Source: Longivirga aurantiaca
Lineage (GTDB): Bacteria; Actinomycetota; Actinomycetes; S36-B12; CAIYMF01
Length of the DNA stretch: 22,537 nt
Reading direction: 5' to 3'
Assembly: GCF_042660085.1 (NCBI RefSeq)
Contig: NZ_JBHSTI010000018.1
Location: forward strand, 1-22,537
Shown here one piece after another: positions 16,595 to 22,537 of the stretch (its first letter is position 1; each line of letters opens with the position of its first letter). Under the pieces are notes generated by a model. It was given only the letters and a program-made list of their open reading frames with translations. It was not told the origin of the DNA and did not search any database. Made by a program: the position numbers and the translations under genes.

Positions 16595-16644
16595 CTTGAC
16601 GGCCGCATCAAGTTGATGTCAGTGTCAGATGACGCCGGTGTCAG
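16595..16644 (+). promoter_or_regulatory. Candidate operator/promoter region for the carboxylase operon
   Basis: CTTGA-N8-TCAAG inverted repeat (16595-16612) followed by TGTCAG at 16617, 16623 and 16639. Confidence 0.35.
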
Positions 16645-16675
16645 GTGCTGGCGTCGTCGCAGGTCGGAGGGTGAC

Positions 16676-18292
16676 GTGGCACGGATCGCGAGCAGGGTCG
16701 ACCTGCGCTCGCCGGCGTACGCCGACAACCGCGCGGCCATGCTCGAGGCGCTCGGCGAGATCGACGCGCTCACCGCCCAGGTCGTGCGCGGCGGCGGGAC
16801 GAGCGACGACGCGAAGGCGGCCACGGCCGTCGCCAAGCTGCGCGGGCGAGGCAAGCTGCTGCCGCGCGAGCGCATCGGCCTGCTGATCGACCGTGGGTCG
16901 CCGTTCCTCGAGCTCTCGCCGCTCGCCGGCCACGGCACCGACGACCCGCTCGGCGGCGGCATGGTCAGCGGTATCGGCCGCATCAACGGCGTCGAGTGCG
17001 TGATCAGTGCGAACGACCCGACCGTGAAGGGCGGCGCCCAGGGCCCGACCAGTGTCGCCAAGGGCCTGCGCGCGATGGAGATCGCGCGCGTCAACCGGCT
17101 GCCGCTCGTGAGCCTCACCGAGTCGGCCGGCGCCGACCTCCCCAAGCAGGCCGAGATCTTCGTGCCGGGCGGCGCGAGCTTCAAGAACCTCACGCGGCTC
17201 TCGGCTGCGGGCATCCCGACCATCACGCTGGTCTTCGGCTCGTCCACCGCCGGCGGCGCCTACGTGCCCGGCATGAGCGACTACGTCGTGCTGCAGAAGG
17301 ACGCCGCGAAGGTCTACCTCGGCGGGCCGCCGCTGGTGAAGATGGCGATCGACGAGGATGCCGACGAGGAGCAGCTCGGCGGCGCGGAGATGCACGCGCG
17401 CACGAGCGGTCTCGCCGACTACCTCGCCGCCGACGAGCCCGACGCCCTGCGCATCGGGCGCGACATCGTCGGCCACCTCAACTGGCGCACGCTCGGGCCC
17501 GGGCGCTCGAAGGCACCCGTCGCACCGGCGTACGACGCCGACGAGCTCCTCGGCATCGCGAGCGCCGACGTGCGTGTGCCGTTCGAGGTGCGCGAGGTGA
17601 TCGCGCGCGTCGTCGACGGCAGCGAGCTCGAGGAGTTCAAGCCGCTCTACGGCTCGACCCTCGTGACCGGCTGGGCGCACCTCGACGGCTTCCCGATCGG
17701 CATCCTCGCCAACAACGGAATCCTCTTCAGCGAGGAGGCCGAGAAGGGGGCGCAGTTCATCCAGCTCTGCGAGCGCCATGACGTGCCGATCCTGTTCATC
17801 CAGAACATCACCGGCTTCATGGTGGGCACGCGCTACGAGCAGGGCGGCATCATCAAGGACGGCGCCAAGCTCATCAACGCGGTGTCGAACTCCACCGTCC
17901 CGCACCTCACGCTGATGGTGGGTGCGTCGTACGGCGCCGGAAACTACGGCATGAGCGGTCGCGCCTACGACCCGCGCTTCGTCTTCACCTGGCCCAACCA
18001 CCGCATCGCGGTCATGGGGCCGAAGCAGCTCGGCGGCGTGCTCGAGATCGTGGCCAAGCAGCGCACCGAGGCGGCCGGGCAGCCCTTCGACGCCAACGCT
18101 TTCGCGCCGATGCGCGAGGCGTTCGAGCAGCAGGTCGAGGCGCAGTCGACGGCGCTCTTCGCGACCGGCCGGCTGTGGGACGACGGCATCATCGACCCGC
18201 GCGACACCCGCACGGTCCTCTCGCTCGCGCTCTCCGCCGTGCACTCAGCACCGGTGCAGGGCGCGAACACCTACGGCGTCTTCCGGATGTGA
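16676..18292 (+). CDS. Acyl-CoA carboxylase carboxyltransferase (beta) subunit
   Basis: ...[25 protein letters not shown]...[37 protein letters not shown]...; ...[69 protein letters not shown] start with GGAGG upstream. Confidence 0.95.
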   Translation: MARIASRVDLRSPAYADNRAAMLEALGEIDALTAQVVRGGGTSDDAKAATAVAKLRGRGKLLPRERIGLLIDRGSPFLELSPLAGHGTDDPLGGGMVSGIGRINGVECVISANDPTVKGGAQGPTSVAKGLRAMEIARVNRLPLVSLTESAGADLPKQAEIFVPGGASFKNLTRLSAAGIPTITLVFGSSTAGGAYVPGMSDYVVLQKDAAKVYLGGPPLVKMAIDEDADEEQLGGAEMHARTSGLADYLAADEPDALRIGRDIVGHLNWRTLGPGRSKAPVAPAYDADELLGIASADVRVPFEVREVIARVVDGSELEEFKPLYGSTLVTGWAHLDGFPIGILANNGILFSEEAEKGAQFIQLCERHDVPILFIQNITGFMVGTRYEQGGIIKDGAKLINAVSNSTVPHLTLMVGASYGAGNYGMSGRAYDPRFVFTWPNHRIAVMGPKQLGGVLEIVAKQRTEAAGQPFDANAFAPMREAFEQQVEAQSTALFATGRLWDDGIIDPRDTRTVLSLALSAVHSAPVQGANTYGVFRM

Positions 18293-18296
18293 CCGC

Positions 18297-20434
<2,138 letters not shown>

Positions 20435-20438
<4 letters not shown>

Positions 20439-22306
20439 GCGAGCGACCGGTGCGGATCGCGAACTGCTCGGGGTTCTTCGGCGACCGGCTCGACGCGGCA
20501 CGCGAGATGGTCGAGGGCGGCCCGATCGATGTGCTCACCGGCGACTGGCTCGCCGAGCTCACGATGCTGATCCTCGCCCGGCAGCGGATGAAGCACGGCG
20601 TGGGCAGCGGCTATGCCCGCACGTTCCTCACGCAGATGGAGCAGGTGCTCGGCACCTGCCTCGACCGCGGCATCAAGGTCGTGTCGAACGCCGGTGGCCT
20701 CGACCCAGCCGGCGCCGCGGCGGCGCTGCGCGAGAAGGCCGACGAGCTCGGCCTGGGGCACGTGCGCATCGCGTACGTCGAGGGCGACGACCTCATGCCG
20801 CGCCTCGACGAGCTGAAGGCCGCGGGCGAGACGTTCACCAACCTCGACACCGGCGAGACCCTCGAGTCGTTCGGCATGCCGCCGCTGACCGCGAACGCCT
20901 ACCTCGGCGGCCGCGGCATCACCGCGGCGCTCGCGGCAGGCGCCGACGTCGTCATCACCGGTCGCGTCACCGACGCCGCGCTCGTCGTGGGCCCGGCCGC
21001 GTGGTGGCACGGCTGGTCGTACGACGACGCAGCCAACCTCGACCGGCTGGCCGGCGCGGTGGTCGCGGGCCACGTGATCGAGTGCGGCGCGCAGGCGACC
21101 GGCGGAAACTACGCGTTCTTCTCCGACGTGCCCGGGCTCGAGCACGTCGGCTTCCCGTGGGCCGAGGTGGCCGACGACGGCAGCAGCGTGATCGGCAAGC
21201 ACGACGGCACCGGCGGTCTCGTGAGCCTCGGCACCGTCACCGCGCAGCTGCTCTACGAGATCGGCGGCCCGGAGTACGCGAACCCGGACGTGACAGCGCA
21301 CTTCGGCACGATCGAGCTGGCCGAGGTGGCACCCGACCGCGTCGCCATCTCCGGCGTACGCGGTCTGCCCGCGCCCGAGACGGTCAAGGTCGCGGTCAAC
21401 ACCCTCGGCGGCTTCAGGAACACGGCGTCGCTGGTGGTCACCGGGCTCGACGTCGAGGCCAAGGCCGATCTCGCCCTCCGCACGGTCGCCGGCGTGACTC
21501 TGCAGCAGGCGCAGTCCCTCTCGCCGGTCGATCTCGCCGCCGCGAGCACGTTCCGGGTGCGCGAGCTGCACGCCGACCTGCTGCGCCGCGACCGCGAGGA
21601 CCCCGCCACCACCGCGGACGCCCAGGCCGAGCTGCGGCTCACCGTGAAGGCCGCGGATCCGAAGGCGGTCGGCAAGGCCTTCACCGCGCCCATCGTCGAG
21701 AGCGCGCTCGCGACGTACCCCGGCATGTTCCCGACGGCGCCGCCCGCCGAGGGCACGCCGTACGGCGTCTACTGGCCGACCACCGTGCCGGCGTCGATCG
21801 TGACCCAGACCGTCACCCTCGACGGCGAGGTCGTCGCCACCACGCCGTCCGGTCTTCGAGTTACTGCCCACATGGTTGTTGAGGAGGCTGCTTCAACGAC
21901 CATGTGGGCAGTAACTCGCGAAAGCGAGGGGGACGGCGCCGGGCCGCGGCTGCCGCTCGGCACGTTCGTCGGGGCGCGCAGCGGAGACAAGGGCGGCAAC
22001 GCCAACGTCGGGCTGTGGGTACGTCGCTCCGGCGACGACCGGCTCGACCGGCACCGCTGGGAGTGGCTGGCGAGGCTCGTCGTCGAGGACGGCATCAGCA
22101 CGCTGCTGCCGGAGTCAGCCGCTCTCGAGCACGAGGTGCACGTGCTGCCCAACCTCCTCGCGGTCAACGTCGTCATCCGGGGCTGGCTCGGCCGTGGCGT
22201 CGCCGACTCGACCAGCCTCGACCCGCAGGCCAAGGGCCTCGGCGAGCACCTCCGTGCCCGAATCGTGCAGATCCCCGAACACCTTCTGCGAGAGGACGCC
22301 TCGTGA
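20435..22306 (+). CDS. AtuA-like (acyclic terpene utilization, DUF1446) family protein
   Basis: RIANCSGFFGDRLDAAREMVEGGPIDVLTGDWLAELTMLILARQRMKHG...GRGITAALAAGADVVITGRVTDAALVVGPAAWWHGW...; C-terminal LGTFVGARSGDKGGNANVGLWVRR. ATGA overlap with upstream gene. Confidence 0.9.
21857..21918. repeat. 62-nt near-perfect palindromic element inside the AtuA-like CDS
   Basis: Arms CGAGTTACTGCCCACATGGTTGTTGA (21857-21882) and TCAACGACCATGTGGGCAGTAACTCG (21893-21918): 25/26 complementary, 10-nt loop GGAGGCTGCT. Confidence 0.96.
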
Positions 22307-22537
22307 ACGCCGACCCCGACACCGTCGTGGAGCGCACGGCACCGCTCACCGAGCGCGGGCGGCGCACGCGCGAGAAGCTGCTCGCCGCTGCGCGCAACCT
22401 GTTCGAGGAGCGCGGGTACGCCGCGACCCGCATGACCGATGTCAGCATCGTCGCGGGAGTGAGCCACGGCACGGCCTACACGTGGTTCACCGACAAGGAG
22501 GCGGTGCTGCGCGCGCTCGTCGACACCATCGTGACCG
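22303..22537 (+). CDS. TetR-family transcriptional regulator, N-terminal part (runs off window)
   Basis: Translation from GTG: VNADPDTVVERTAPLTERGRRTREKLLAAARNLFEERGYAATRMTDVSIVAGVSHGTAYTWFTDKEAVLRALVDTIV; classic TetR HTH; GTGA overlap with the upstream stop. Confidence 0.9.
   Translation, partial: MNADPDTVVERTAPLTERGRRTREKLLAAARNLFEERGYAATRMTDVSIVAGVSHGTAYTWFTDKEAVLRALVDTIVT

Noticed and set aside
16625-18244. 539-aa minus-strand ORF opposite the carboxylase beta gene
   Set aside because: Antisense high-GC artefact with biased composition; no motifs.
21857-21918. Palindrome considered as a rho-independent terminator or frameshift/pseudogene scar
   Set aside because: It is mid-CDS, has no T tract, the frame stays open, and intact domain motifs continue downstream.

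Overview
High-GC actinobacterial-type chromosomal window. From left to right: the 5' part of a copper P-type ATPase, a CopZ-like chaperone and a CsoR repressor (all minus) with a CsoR-type operator; an NlpC/P60 secreted hydrolase behind a clearly recognisable ydaO/yuaA (c-di-AMP) riboswitch; a HAD hydrolase and an amidase; several GNAT acetyltransferases, two of them tandem paralogs; serS; a bacterial proteasome activator (Bpa/PafE); a SET-domain protein with a post-SET Cys motif; a PIG3-type quinone oxidoreductase; a K+ channel with an RCK domain; a divergent MoeA-like protein; and a plus-strand operon of acyl-CoA carboxylase beta, biotin carboxylase/BCCP alpha, an AtuA-like (DUF1446) protein and a partial TetR regulator. 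The most unusual non-standard signals are (1) a 62-nt, near-perfect 26+26 bp palindrome inserted in frame in the linker of the AtuA-like gene, encoding almost the same peptide on both strands, (2) a 15-bp x 8 in-frame minisatellite at the N-terminus of a GNAT gene in which every unit starts with GTG, and (3) a 41-bp exact intergenic direct repeat downstream of serS. I found no CRISPR array, tRNA/rRNA, complete transposon or convincing anti-phage system. The long antisense ORFs look like high-GC artefacts.
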